Shown in pieces: positions 48,108-57,639 of a stretch of 64,000 nucleotides of DNA. The DNA is from an uncultured Gammaproteobacteria bacterium (GTDB lineage Bacteria > Patescibacteriota > Microgenomatia > UBA10105 > UBA927): the NCBI GenBank assembly GCA_964527425.1, contig CAZGOA010000002.1, positions 5,000 through 68,999 on the forward strand, written 5' to 3'. Both the position numbers and the translations under genes were made by a program. Under the pieces are notes generated by a model. It saw only the letters and a program-made list of their open reading frames with translations. It did not search any database and was not told the origin of the DNA. Numbering within the stretch: the first letter of the stretch is position 1; each line of letters opens with the position of its first letter.

Positions 48108-48162
48108 TTAGCCATCCTGCTATCAAACCATTTTTGAGGTGGTCTGATGGTGGGTTGGCTAA
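48108..48162. repeat. Octamer-periodic imperfect palindrome (fusA-tuf)
   Basis: TTAGCCATCCTGCTATCAAACCA / TGGTCTGATGGTGGGTTGGCTAA. Confidence 0.7.
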
Positions 48163-48191
48163 ACGTTTATGAATAATGATAATATCACAGT

Positions 48192-50297
48192 TTAGGCCGC
48201 CTTCGCAATAATCTTTTCCGTTATATTTCGTGGAACTTCTTCGTAATGGCTTGGTTCCATATAGTATGTTGCACGACCCTTGGACATACTTCGCAATGTT
48301 GTTGCATATCCTGAGAGTTCAGCTAAAGGAACTTGAGCTAATATGACAGTTGTGTGGCCTCGTTTTTGTGTGCCTTCAATCTGTGCTCTTTTTGATCCAA
48401 GATCTCCGATAATATCTCCCATGAATTCATCAGGCGTTGTAATCTCACATTTCATGATTGGTTCAAGAAGTACAGGAGCAGCGTTCTTTACTGAATTCTG
48501 AAGTGCCATAGATCCTGCAATTTTAAATGCAATTTCTGATGAGTCAACCTCATGATAGGTTCCATCATAGAGCGTAACTTTCATATCTACCAATGGGAAT
48601 CCTGCAACAACGCCATTTTCCATGGCTTCTTTGACGCCTTTTCCAACTGCTGGAATGTATTCGTTGGGAATTGCTCCACCTTTGATAGCATCGACGAATT
48701 CAAATCCTTGACCACGTGGGAGCGGTTCTAATCTGATCAGTGCATGACCATATTGTCCTCGGCCTCCTGATTGGCGAATATACTTTCCTTCACCTTCTGC
48801 ATTTTTGGTAATGGTTTCTTTGTAGGCAACTTGTGGAGCTCCGACATTTGCATCAACTTTGAATTCTCGCTTCATGCGGTCAACTAAAATTTCAAGATGA
48901 AGCTCTCCCATTCCCCAAATGATGGTTTGATTTGTTTCTTGATTAGTTTTGATTTTAAAAGTTGGGTCTTCTTCTGAAAGTCTTTGCAATGCATATCCCA
49001 TTTTTTCCTGGTCATTTTTGGTTTTTGGTTCAATGGCCAGTGAGATAACTGGATCTGGGAATGAAATTTTTTCTAAGACGATTGGATGATCCGGGTCACA
49101 AATAGTATCACCAGTAATGGTGTCTTTAAATCCTACTACTGCAACAATTTCTCCAGCATATGCTTCTTTGATTTCTTCTCGTTGGTTTGCATGCATAAGA
49201 AGAAGTCTTCCTATGCGTTCTTGCACATCTTTACTTGAGTTATAGGTATAGGAGCCTGACACTAATTTGCCTGAATATACTCTTACATATGTGATTTTAC
49301 CCACGTGTGGATCAATTTGAACTTTAAAGGCAAGTCCTGAAAATGGTTCTTCGTTAATTCTTTTTCTGATTTGTGGTTCTTCTGTTTTAGGGTGAGTACC
49401 TGCAACTGGTGGAAGGTCGATTGGGGAAGGAAGATAATCAACCACGGCATCAAGGAGTGGCTGGACACCTTTATTGCGCAAGCTGGTTCCACAGTAAATT
49501 GGAACGAGTTTGTAGGCAATAACTGCCCGGCGAAGTGCTGCTTTTAATTCTTCAACAGAAATTTCTTCACCGTTGAGGAATTTTTCCATTAACACATCGT
49601 CTGTTTCGGAAATACGTTCAATGAGTGCAAGTCGACTTGATTCTACTTCATCTTTAATATCTGCAGGGATGTCATCGGACACATCAAATGCAGCACCTAA
49701 TTCTTCACCTGTCCATACATATGCTTTTCTGCTTAAAAGATCGACAAATCCTTTGAATGTATTTTCTACTCCGATTGGAACGACCATGACAGCGGTTCTT
49801 GCACCTAATCGTTCTTCTATTGATTTGATTGTGGCTCGAAAGTCTGCTCCCAACTTATCCATTTTGTTGATGAAACAAAGACGTGGAACTTTGTATTTGT
49901 CTGCTTGGTGCCAGACTGTTTCTGATTGGGATTGAACTCCTTCTTCTGCATCAAGGACAGTGATCCCTCCATCAAGTACTCGGAGTGAACGTTCTACTTC
50001 TGCGGTAAAATCTACGTGTCCTGGTGTATCGATAATATTAAAGCGGTAGCCTTTCCAAAATGCAGTAGTTGCAGCAGATACGATGGTGATCCCTCGTTCT
50101 TTCTCTTGTTCCATCCAGTCCATTTGGGTGTTACCTTCATCGATATCACCAATTTTGTATGTTCTTCCTGTGTAATACAGAATACGCTCTGTGGTTGTGG
50201 TTTTACCAGCATCTATGTGTGCGATAATTCCAATGTTACGTACTTTATCTAGTGGTACATTACGATCTGATGTAAGAGTTGTTTGTGGGTTTGCCAT
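48192..50297 (-). CDS. fusA: Elongation factor G
   Basis: [48 protein letters not shown]; start reassigned to MANP. Confidence 0.99.
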   Translation of the reverse strand: MANPQTTLTSDRNVPLDKVRNIGIIAHIDAGKTTTTERILYYTGRTYKIGDIDEGNTQMDWMEQEKERGITIVSAATTAFWKGYRFNIIDTPGHVDFTAEVERSLRVLDGGITVLDAEEGVQSQSETVWHQADKYKVPRLCFINKMDKLGADFRATIKSIEERLGARTAVMVVPIGVENTFKGFVDLLSRKAYVWTGEELGAAFDVSDDIPADIKDEVESSRLALIERISETDDVLMEKFLNGEEISVEELKAALRRAVIAYKLVPIYCGTSLRNKGVQPLLDAVVDYLPSPIDLPPVAGTHPKTEEPQIRKRINEEPFSGLAFKVQIDPHVGKITYVRVYSGKLVSGSYTYNSSKDVQERIGRLLLMHANQREEIKEAYAGEIVAVVGFKDTITGDTICDPDHPIVLEKISFPDPVISLAIEPKTKNDQEKMGYALQRLSEEDPTFKIKTNQETNQTIIWGMGELHLEILVDRMKREFKVDANVGAPQVAYKETITKNAEGEGKYIRQSGGRGQYGHALIRLEPLPRGQGFEFVDAIKGGAIPNEYIPAVGKGVKEAMENGVVAGFPLVDMKVTLYDGTYHEVDSSEIAFKIAGSMALQNSVKNAAPVLLEPIMKCEITTPDEFMGDIIGDLGSKRAQIEGTQKRGHTTVILAQVPLAELSGYATTLRSMSKGRATYYMEPSHYEEVPRNITEKIIAKAA

Positions 50298-50338
50298 ATA
50301 GTTTTTTTGTAATAAATATTTGTTATGTTTTAAACGAC

Positions 50339-50413
50339 AAAAAAACTGTTTCAAAGACATGAAACAGTCAATGCGTACAAAAACATTTTACAAAATATTG
50401 TGTGTGTTGTCTA
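50339..50413 (-). promoter_or_regulatory. fusA promoter followed by a terminator-like hairpin
   Basis: TAGACA(50413-08)-N17-TAAAAT(50390-85); ACTGTTTCA-TGTCTT-TGAAACAGT plus T-run (50368-50339). Confidence 0.55.
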
Positions 50414-50426
50414 TACGGGATGTATG

Positions 50427-50927
50427 TTAAAAAGGATCACCACATAAATCGTATGGCATGCATACTGGATTAGCAAATGAAGACACTACATACTCAGTGA
50501 CAAAATAACTTACGATAAATAATGAACCAAGGAATACGTAAATAAATATTTTAGAAAGAACGATGTTATGCTTATATCTTTCATAGAAATCTTGAAGAAA
50601 AATAAAAAGAATAAAGTTAATAATAGTACTAATAGTAATTAATATATTTTTTTAATGGAAACTTAAAATACCCTAAGAATGAATATACTCTTGGTTGATA
50701 CCCAGGATATCCAAATAATAAATGTATGTTTGATAACAAATATAGCAAAGAACTATAGAACTTATTCCACTTAATAACGAAATAAATCGATTATGTTTTG
50801 TAACTTTTTAAACAAGTACGTAACAGCCTATTGAAACCAAAGTAATAAATAGAATTTGTGTAACAGGAATAAGTAATACTTCAATAAAATTGATATGGAG
50901 TTTGATTATTGGCGACACTAATCCCAT
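50427..50927 (-). pseudogene. Degraded ~166-aa membrane protein gene (about 4 TM)
   Basis: One frame from ATG 50927 to TAA 50427 with hydrophobic segments; in-frame stops at 50808 (TAA), 50673 (TAG) and 50652 (TAA); TATAAT 8 nt before the ATG. Confidence 0.55.
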
Positions 50928-50965
50928 ACTATTATATTATACTTGTAAAATCTGTATATTCATTT

Positions 50966-51928
50966 TTAATCCGCAAAGACTTGGGTAAACATTTTCCCCC
51001 AAAGGCCTGCGTCAACTACTCCGATTCCTATTCGTTTAAATTGGGGATCTAAGATATTTCGTTTGTGTCCCTCACTATTCATGAGTCCTTCGTGAGCAAT
51101 ATCAACTGTCATGGCATATGCTAAATTTTCTCCTGCTATAAGAAACTCTACTGCTCCAGCTTTTAATCTGTCTGCTGCATCTTTTCCTTGATTATCTATA
51201 TGGGCAAAGAATTTTTCTGTAAGCATGGTGCGGCTATATGCTCGTGCGACATCCTGCATTTTTACTGATGAAACAAGCGGTCCAACTCCAACTTTTGCTC
51301 GTTCATTATTTAGATATTCAAGCATAGTTGATTCACTTTGTGGATCTATTGTAAGTTTGTTGGGATCTATATAGAGAGTAAGATCAACTCGCTCTGTTGA
51401 TTTAGGTGCAACAGTAAGAAAGCGAGTAAAACGAGATGCAGAGTCTTGAAGTGCGTTAGGCAGCGATCCACCATAAGTATCAAGAATTGATAAGACAAAC
51501 GGGATGATTGTTGAGGATTGAATTGTTTCTTTTACATTGCCCTGTAGTGGAACGAGTAGTAACAAAAAGAAAAATGCACTTAAGAAAAAGACTCCAGTAA
51601 TCGCTGACATAAGCGCTCCTGCTGCTTTGTTTACTCTGGAGTGACCCAATCGAATGGTACGCACAAGTACATACCGGAAAAACGTCGACAAGAGTGCTTC
51701 AGCTAAAAATGCAATACAGAAAAACGAGATGAACATATTCCAAACAGATGGGAAAGGACTGAATGATGATATGAAGTCAGAGAGAGGATCGGTATATTTA
51801 ATGGCAACAATAAATGATACGACCAGAGTTATTAAACTAGACATTAAATAGAGAAAGCCACGATTCCATCCACGATAAAGAAAAAAGAGTAAACCTACTA
51901 TAAATACAAAATCTACTAATGAGAACAT
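50966..51928 (-). CDS. CvpA-family membrane domain fused to a CAP (SCP) domain
   Basis: VDF...YRGWNRGF CvpA start; LNNER, FFAH, GENLA, LMNSEGHKRNIL, IGIG, TQVF; start reassigned to 51928. Confidence 0.88.
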   Translation of the reverse strand: MFSLVDFVFIVGLLFFLYRGWNRGFLYLMSSLITLVVSFIVAIKYTDPLSDFISSFSPFPSVWNMFISFFCIAFLAEALLSTFFRYVLVRTIRLGHSRVNKAAGALMSAITGVFFLSAFFFLLLLVPLQGNVKETIQSSTIIPFVLSILDTYGGSLPNALQDSASRFTRFLTVAPKSTERVDLTLYIDPNKLTIDPQSESTMLEYLNNERAKVGVGPLVSSVKMQDVARAYSRTMLTEKFFAHIDNQGKDAADRLKAGAVEFLIAGENLAYAMTVDIAHEGLMNSEGHKRNILDPQFKRIGIGVVDAGLWGKMFTQVFAD

Positions 51929-52014
51929 GCGGGTCATTATACGCCAATGACGTGTAAATACGAAGCTCAAGTAATTTTCGATTTACTTCAATGTATATTG
52001 GACTAATGACAGTT

Positions 52015-53148
52015 CTATTTCTTTTTAGGAAAAGGAAGATAGGTTAATCCTCCAAATCCGTATAATGTAATAACTAAGGATGTAAACCCACCGATAAACG
52101 GAATTTGTTGGAGCGCCCATAACGTAATTACGCCGAGAATAAGAGACCAGCCTAAATGACCTTTTTTGGCGTCCCAAAGTCGTTCGATGAGAAACAATCC
52201 AAGGATTATGGCTGATAATGCTCTCGCAATAAAATAGCTCAGAATAATAACACCAATCCCTATAAAAACAACGGGAATACCGATAATGGTAATTAAGAGA
52301 AGGAGTAATGATACAGGAATGAGAACGAGGAAAATTAATCCTCTTACAAGAGTCAATCCTGGAGACTGCTGCATTGTTTGAAGGAGGACGGTGGTTCTTT
52401 TTTTCATAAAAAATATGCAGAGTCCCCCAAATACTAAACTTAAAACTATAAAAGGGATTCCTCTATTTGATTCTCTTGATTTTGCAGATTCTCCTACTTC
52501 GATTCTTGCTCTATCTTTTTTTGGCGTTGATTTATTTACAACTCCAGAAACAGATGCTTGTTCATCTATTGTTGCTGAGTTTTCACTGGTATAGTGAATA
52601 TTTCCTGCAACACTGGCACCGGGAAGAAGAGATAACGAATCTACTGAAACGTCTAGATCTTGTACTGTTCCAGAAACTGTTACTGTTTCTCCTCCACCGT
52701 ACACTGATTTGAAAATGTTGCCTGCAAATGTAGCATGTTGTACTCCAAAGCCTACTTCTCCTGCTACACTCGCCTGTTTACTGATTGTAAGATTTTGCGC
52801 AAGTGCAGATACGTTTCCGGATATACTGCTTTCCAGATTAACCATTTGACCTGCTAGTCGAACATCACCTTTTACAGTACCTGTGATATCCACATTCTGT
52901 CCTGCACAGATAACATCTCCGTTTACTTGACCATTTATTTCAATATGCTGACCAACACAGAAAACATCACCATCGACATCTCCATCTACTTGAACGCGCG
53001 CACCGGTGATAAATAAAGAACCTTGACTCGTCTCTTGTTTTGTAAAAAGTGCTTGTTCTCCGGATCGTACAGTAAACGCATATGTTTTTACTGGGAATGC
53101 TAAAACGAAAATACTTAAGCAGAATAAAATAAGTCGTGTCAACTTCAT
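52015..53148 (-). CDS. Exported beta-helix (polymer-forming/bactofilin-like repeats) protein with C-terminal TM bundle
   Basis: Signal peptide; repeated GxVxGDVxxxG units; about 5 C-terminal TM helices (IIGIP, IPFIGG). Confidence 0.8.
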   Translation of the reverse strand: MKLTRLILFCLSIFVLAFPVKTYAFTVRSGEQALFTKQETSQGSLFITGARVQVDGDVDGDVFCVGQHIEINGQVNGDVICAGQNVDITGTVKGDVRLAGQMVNLESSISGNVSALAQNLTISKQASVAGEVGFGVQHATFAGNIFKSVYGGGETVTVSGTVQDLDVSVDSLSLLPGASVAGNIHYTSENSATIDEQASVSGVVNKSTPKKDRARIEVGESAKSRESNRGIPFIVLSLVFGGLCIFFMKKRTTVLLQTMQQSPGLTLVRGLIFLVLIPVSLLLLLITIIGIPVVFIGIGVIILSYFIARALSAIILGLFLIERLWDAKKGHLGWSLILGVITLWALQQIPFIGGFTSLVITLYGFGGLTYLPFPKKK

Positions 53149-53173
53149 ACAGTAAGTTAAGTATACACGATTT

Positions 53174-54028
53174 CTAACTATTTTCAGTATTGTTAATCAC
53201 TTTTTTTACCCGATCTACGTTTTTTTGATCTGGTCCGTTATTGTCAAAACCTGGCGTTTCAAGAAACATTGGTATGTTTGTAAGGTAAGGATTTGTAATA
53301 AAGGCAGATAATCCATTTAAACCAATTTTTCCTTCTCCAATATTTTCGTGCCTATCATTTTTTTTACCGAGATCTATTTTCGAATCATTAAGATGAATAG
53401 CTTTTATTTCTTGCCATCCAATTATCTGTTCTACTGCTTCTACAAACTGTTTGACTGTATCTGGTGTTCGCATATCATACCCTGCTGCAAAAGCATGCGC
53501 AGTATCGATACAAAACTTAATCTGTGAAGATGGTAAATCTTTTTTTATTTGTGCCATTTCTTCTAGTGTTGAGGGGATTTTCCCTCCACTTCCTGCACTA
53601 TTTTCAATAAGAATTGTTGAACTTTGGGGAGCATGCTCCAAGATATGTATAAATGTGTTAATCAGTTCTATGCGTTTAGTACCACTCCATTTATCTTTGT
53701 GACTTCCTAAATGCAATACTACTCCTAGTCCATCAATAGAAGATGATACTTCTAAATCTGCAATCAGTGATTCTTTAGAACGTTTGAGAATATACGATGA
53801 ATCTGATGCAAGATTTATGAGATAACATGCATGAATAAGAATTGGTTCGATGGTTTGTTCTTTTGCATAGTGTTTGAATGCGTGCAATGTTTCTGAAGAA
53901 AAACGAGGGGTCAACCACTGCTGGGGTGGGCTGGTAAAAATTTGTAATGCGTTTGCTCCGATTGAAACTGCTCTATCTACTGCTTTAGTTAGACCTCCAG
54001 CAATTGACTGATGAGCACCAATTCTCAT
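53174..54028 (-). CDS. nfo: Endonuclease IV
   Basis: IGAHQSIAGG, QIFT, HACYLINL, HLGS, IENSAG, CIDTAH, HLNDSK, DRHENIG, LETP. Confidence 0.96.
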   Translation of the reverse strand: MRIGAHQSIAGGLTKAVDRAVSIGANALQIFTSPPQQWLTPRFSSETLHAFKHYAKEQTIEPILIHACYLINLASDSSYILKRSKESLIADLEVSSSIDGLGVVLHLGSHKDKWSGTKRIELINTFIHILEHAPQSSTILIENSAGSGGKIPSTLEEMAQIKKDLPSSQIKFCIDTAHAFAAGYDMRTPDTVKQFVEAVEQIIGWQEIKAIHLNDSKIDLGKKNDRHENIGEGKIGLNGLSAFITNPYLTNIPMFLETPGFDNNGPDQKNVDRVKKVINNTENS

Positions 54029-54029
54029 A

Positions 54030-55241
54030 CTAAAGAAGGGTTGCTTGATTATTGAGGTCTTTTGTTGAGGATGGCGTTGATTCTGTTGAAACGGCTTCTT
54101 CTTCTAATAATTCTAATCCTTTAACGGTAGGAAACGACTGTCCAATAACACCACTCATTGTACCTACGAAACCTGCAGTACTCGTAAATAATTTTTGCAC
54201 CTGTGCTTCTCTTGTTTTCCATATTTTCTCAAATGCTGCTCGTTCTTTTAAGACTTGCACCTGCATATCTTTGTATACTTCAACTATTGCTTCTATATGT
54301 TGTCGAAATTCATGACTAGTGACGTATTCGTATAATTTTTCTGATGATCCTTCTTTATTTTGAATAATAAATTTCTCCCGGGCAACGTCAATTAGTTTTT
54401 GCCGTAATACCGATGCTATTGGAGTTACTAAGAGTGGACTTACCACATAAACACCATCTATAAACCCAAATCCGTTACTGGCTTCTTCGGGTAGTACTGT
54501 TGAAATAATGATAGGAATATTTGCTTTTTCTGCTCTTAAATCATCTTTTAGCTTGCGAACCCAGTCTTGTGACCAAGATTTCGTTCGTTTGGATTCCCAC
54601 AGAATTGTGCCACAGACATTACCAATTGTTGTTTTAACTACTTGGCGTATATCTGCTCCTTTTACTCCCTTTTCTACGGGAGAGATTGTGTCTGTGGGGA
54701 AGGTTTGGCGAAGCAGTTGTTCTATATCGAGTTCGGCTACTTCACCTTGAGTTTGTTGTGAACCTTGTTGAGCTTTGCGTTGTGCATCATCAAGCGCTTT
54801 TCGTAAATCACTAATGACTTTTTCTTTCTCGAGTTCTTTTAATCGATGTTGTTCAGTCACCTGACGATAGACTGATTCTTCTACTTTTTTCTTTTCTTGA
54901 TCTACTTTTCTTGCAACTTCAAGTTCCATATCTTTTTTTGCATCTTCAAGTTTTCTTTTTTCTTCTCGTAGTCTGAGTTCTTCTTGCCTCATTTCTGTAA
55001 CTTTTTGTTGGCTTTCCGTAATTTGCTTTTTTAGATCAGTTATTTCTAATGCTGTTTTTTCTTGAAGCTGTTTTTTTATTGAATCTTCTGCTGTTTTTAT
55101 AGTTTGTTCTAACTCTTGTTTATGTTTTTTTTCAATGTCTGCTAATAATTCTTCTTGTACTTGATGAACTAATGCCTGTGTTACTTCAATAGCTTTTCCA
55201 CAAGAAGGGCATGTGATTGTTGAAATCATAATACTGGTCAT
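54030..55241 (-). CDS. DUF2130-like coiled-coil protein with a PD-(D/E)xK-like C-terminal domain
   Basis: CPSCG zinc knuckle, long coiled coil, QGSQQTQGE, GAD, ILWESKRTK, KLKDD. Confidence 0.85.
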   Translation of the reverse strand: MTSIMISTITCPSCGKAIEVTQALVHQVQEELLADIEKKHKQELEQTIKTAEDSIKKQLQEKTALEITDLKKQITESQQKVTEMRQEELRLREEKRKLEDAKKDMELEVARKVDQEKKKVEESVYRQVTEQHRLKELEKEKVISDLRKALDDAQRKAQQGSQQTQGEVAELDIEQLLRQTFPTDTISPVEKGVKGADIRQVVKTTIGNVCGTILWESKRTKSWSQDWVRKLKDDLRAEKANIPIIISTVLPEEASNGFGFIDGVYVVSPLLVTPIASVLRQKLIDVAREKFIIQNKEGSSEKLYEYVTSHEFRQHIEAIVEVYKDMQVQVLKERAAFEKIWKTREAQVQKLFTSTAGFVGTMSGVIGQSFPTVKGLELLEEEAVSTESTPSSTKDLNNQATLL

Positions 55242-55293
55242 TCTACCATCACCAAGAAGAAGTACAATCCATCAACTGCTTACACGAATTGTG

Positions 55294-55563
55294 TTAATAG
55301 TATTTACGTTGCTTATGTAAGTGATTCATGAATCCGAATGCTGCTAATCCATGAACAATCACGCCTACTCCCCATCCTGCTCCTACAACAAAGAACATAT
55401 TTAAATCGGAAGTATAGGAATAAAAGTAAGTAAATAATCCAAACATGACTAATAAATAGATAATAAGATGAACGGCAAAGCTCTTTATTTCTTCTTGGGT
55501 TTGCTCTTTAACTTGTGAAGAAACACTACGAGATGAACTTTTTGATCGGGCAGATTTTTTCAT
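55294..55563 (-). CDS. 2TM domain small membrane protein
   Basis: FAVHLIIYLLV...GWGVGVIVHG 2TM signature; SD GGAGG. Confidence 0.8.
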   Translation of the reverse strand: MKKSARSKSSSRSVSSQVKEQTQEEIKSFAVHLIIYLLVMFGLFTYFYSYTSDLNMFFVVGAGWGVGVIVHGLAAFGFMNHLHKQRKYY

Positions 55564-55661
55564 ATTTTCCTCCAATAACAGTATTTAGCGTATCGTAGAT
55601 TTATACTCATTGCAACATAGAAGCTTGACGAAGTGATAATAATTAGAGATTATGAAGCTAT

Positions 55662-56117
55662 ATGAAAGTATTACTCCTTTATACTACTAACTCTGGTTCT
55701 ACAGAAATGGCTGCCCAAGAAATTGTCAATCGCCTTTCTCCATCACATGAAGTGACGATGAAACGCGTTAATCAATCTACTGCTGACGATATCAAAGCGG
55801 TAGATGCAGTTATTTTAGGGTCTCCAAGTTGGGATCATGATGGAAAAGAAGGACAACCACATGATGAATTTTTTGTTTGGAAAGGAACGGTTGATCCATC
55901 TGCATTCGCAGGGAAAAAAATGGCCGTCTATGGGTGTGGAGATAGTTCCTATCAGATTTTCTGTGGAGCTGTAGATGAGCTGGAAAAATGGATCGCTGAA
56001 TGGAATGGTGTTAAAGTTGTTGATTCATTACGAATGGACAAATATTACTATAATATGGCTGAAAATGCAGGGAAAATTGAAGAGTGGTGTAAACAATTGT
56101 TGGAAACATTAAAGTAA
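55662..56117 (+). CDS. Flavodoxin (short chain)
   Basis: YTTNSGSTE, GSPSW, GCGDSSY, FCGAVD. Confidence 0.93.
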   Translation: MKVLLLYTTNSGSTEMAAQEIVNRLSPSHEVTMKRVNQSTADDIKAVDAVILGSPSWDHDGKEGQPHDEFFVWKGTVDPSAFAGKKMAVYGCGDSSYQIFCGAVDELEKWIAEWNGVKVVDSLRMDKYYYNMAENAGKIEEWCKQLLETLK

Positions 56118-56127
56118 ACACTTCAAT

Positions 56128-56739
56128 TTACGATGTTATTGGTAAATTATCTTTATACATCCAGAGTATTCTGCAGGCGTATGTTCTATATGGTTTCCAT
56201 TTAGCACTAATTTTTAGCATTTGATTTGTAGTGGGTTTCGTTTTAAATTTGTAGAGTTTTTGAATAGCGTTTTGTAATCCTACGTCTCCTACTGAAAAAA
56301 TATCTTCACGACCTAAGGTGAACATAAGAAACATTTCTGCAGTCCACCGACCTATCCCTTTTATTTGTGTTAATTGAGTAATGACTTCTTCATCAGTCAG
56401 ATTTTCTAAGTTAGCGATATCAAGTTTATTCTCAATAATTGCTCGAGCAATATTTTGGACATAATCTGCTTTATTCCAGGACATACCAACGTTTCTCAAA
56501 TGTTCTCTTGTTAAACGCAGTGTTTGTTCTGGTGTAACTTTTTTATCAGTATAAAGTGCAACAAATCGTTTCACGATTGTGTCACTTGCTTTAACTGATA
56601 ATTGTTGCGAGATTATTGATTCAACCAGTGAAAAGAATATATTGTTTGATTTATGTAAGTGAAAGGTTACTGAGGGCGTAATCGCTGAATGAAGTATTGG
56701 ATCTTTTATTTGGAAATAAGAATTGATTAAGTCTTTCAT
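56128..56739 (-). CDS. alkA: DNA-3-methyladenine glycosylase II (AlkA/HhH-GPD)
   Basis: SIISQQLS, LTQIKGIGRWTAEMFL HhH motif, GDVGL, WKPYRT. Confidence 0.92.
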   Translation of the reverse strand: MKDLINSYFQIKDPILHSAITPSVTFHLHKSNNIFFSLVESIISQQLSVKASDTIVKRFVALYTDKKVTPEQTLRLTREHLRNVGMSWNKADYVQNIARAIIENKLDIANLENLTDEEVITQLTQIKGIGRWTAEMFLMFTLGREDIFSVGDVGLQNAIQKLYKFKTKPTTNQMLKISAKWKPYRTYACRILWMYKDNLPITS

Positions 56740-56741
56740 TT

Positions 56742-57136
56742 TTATACCACGTTTCCCATATAATTACGGAATGGATCTGTCAATATTTCTCTAATAACTC
56801 CACATTTTCTATTGTTTCCACTAATTAAATGATTGCCATTTACTGCTTGCAACAGTGTTGTCCATTCCGCATTTATTACTGATGAGAGAACTAACTGTAT
56901 TTGTCGTGATCAATTACGTATATTTTTACCATATGAAATAACTGTATAAAACACTAGCCGTTGATCTTTCAGTATAACTGGTTTCATTGTTTCTTGAATC
57001 GTTTGATTCGATATTGTAATTGATACTATTGGAATAGCATCTTGTACAGTGATAAAAATCTGTACGGAGAGAATTATAAGGTTTCACCAATTCCATAATC
57101 TTTGGGGTATGGAATAGGCTGTATTCATTCAGACAT
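56742..57136 (-). pseudogene. Probable degraded gene after rpsG
   Basis: ATG 57136 gives MSE*IQPIPYPKDYGIGETL*, then a shifted frame VQIFITVQDAIP...KNIRN*SRQIQL...NVV*; protein-like but broken. Confidence 0.3.
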
Positions 57137-57155
57137 ACAGGCTATCCTTGAGTAA

Positions 57156-57629
57156 TTACCACTTGAAGTGTGCAAATGCTCTGTTTGCTTCAGCCATGCG
57201 ATGGACGGTATCTCTTTTTTTAATTGCTTCTCCTTCGCCTTTTGCGGCTGATTGAAGTTCTGCTGCTAATTTGTGTCCGAATGTTTTGTAGTCTTTATTT
57301 GATCGTTTTCTGGCAAATGTAACCATCCAGCGAATTGCAAGTGAAATTCTTCTATCTCCGCGTACTTCCATAGGTACTTGATATGATGCACCTCCAACTC
57401 TTCTGGCTTTTACTTCCATTTTTGGTCCTACATTTTGTACTGCTAATTCAAATGTTTTTATTGGGTCTTCGCCTGATTCTTTAATAAGATCTAATGCTCC
57501 GTATACTTGTTTTTGTGCGGTTGACTTCTTCCCGTCCAACATAACACGATTTATAAATCTACCTAAAAGGCGATTGCCGTAAATTGGATCTGGTTCTGAT
57601 AATTTTTTAGTTACTCGTCCTGCTCTCAT
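57156..57629 (-). CDS. rpsG: 30S ribosomal protein S7
   Basis: DGKKSTA, RRVGGASYQVP, HRMAEANRAFAH. Confidence 0.98.
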   Translation of the reverse strand: MRAGRVTKKLSEPDPIYGNRLLGRFINRVMLDGKKSTAQKQVYGALDLIKESGEDPIKTFELAVQNVGPKMEVKARRVGGASYQVPMEVRGDRRISLAIRWMVTFARKRSNKDYKTFGHKLAAELQSAAKGEGEAIKKRDTVHRMAEANRAFAHFKW

Positions 57630-57639
57630 TGGTTACTCC

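Noticed and set aside
48077-50360. Longer N-termini given by the ORF track for tuf and fusA (also recA, rpsJ, rplX, rplF and the response regulator)
   Set aside because: Homology and SD or promoter positions support the downstream ATGs
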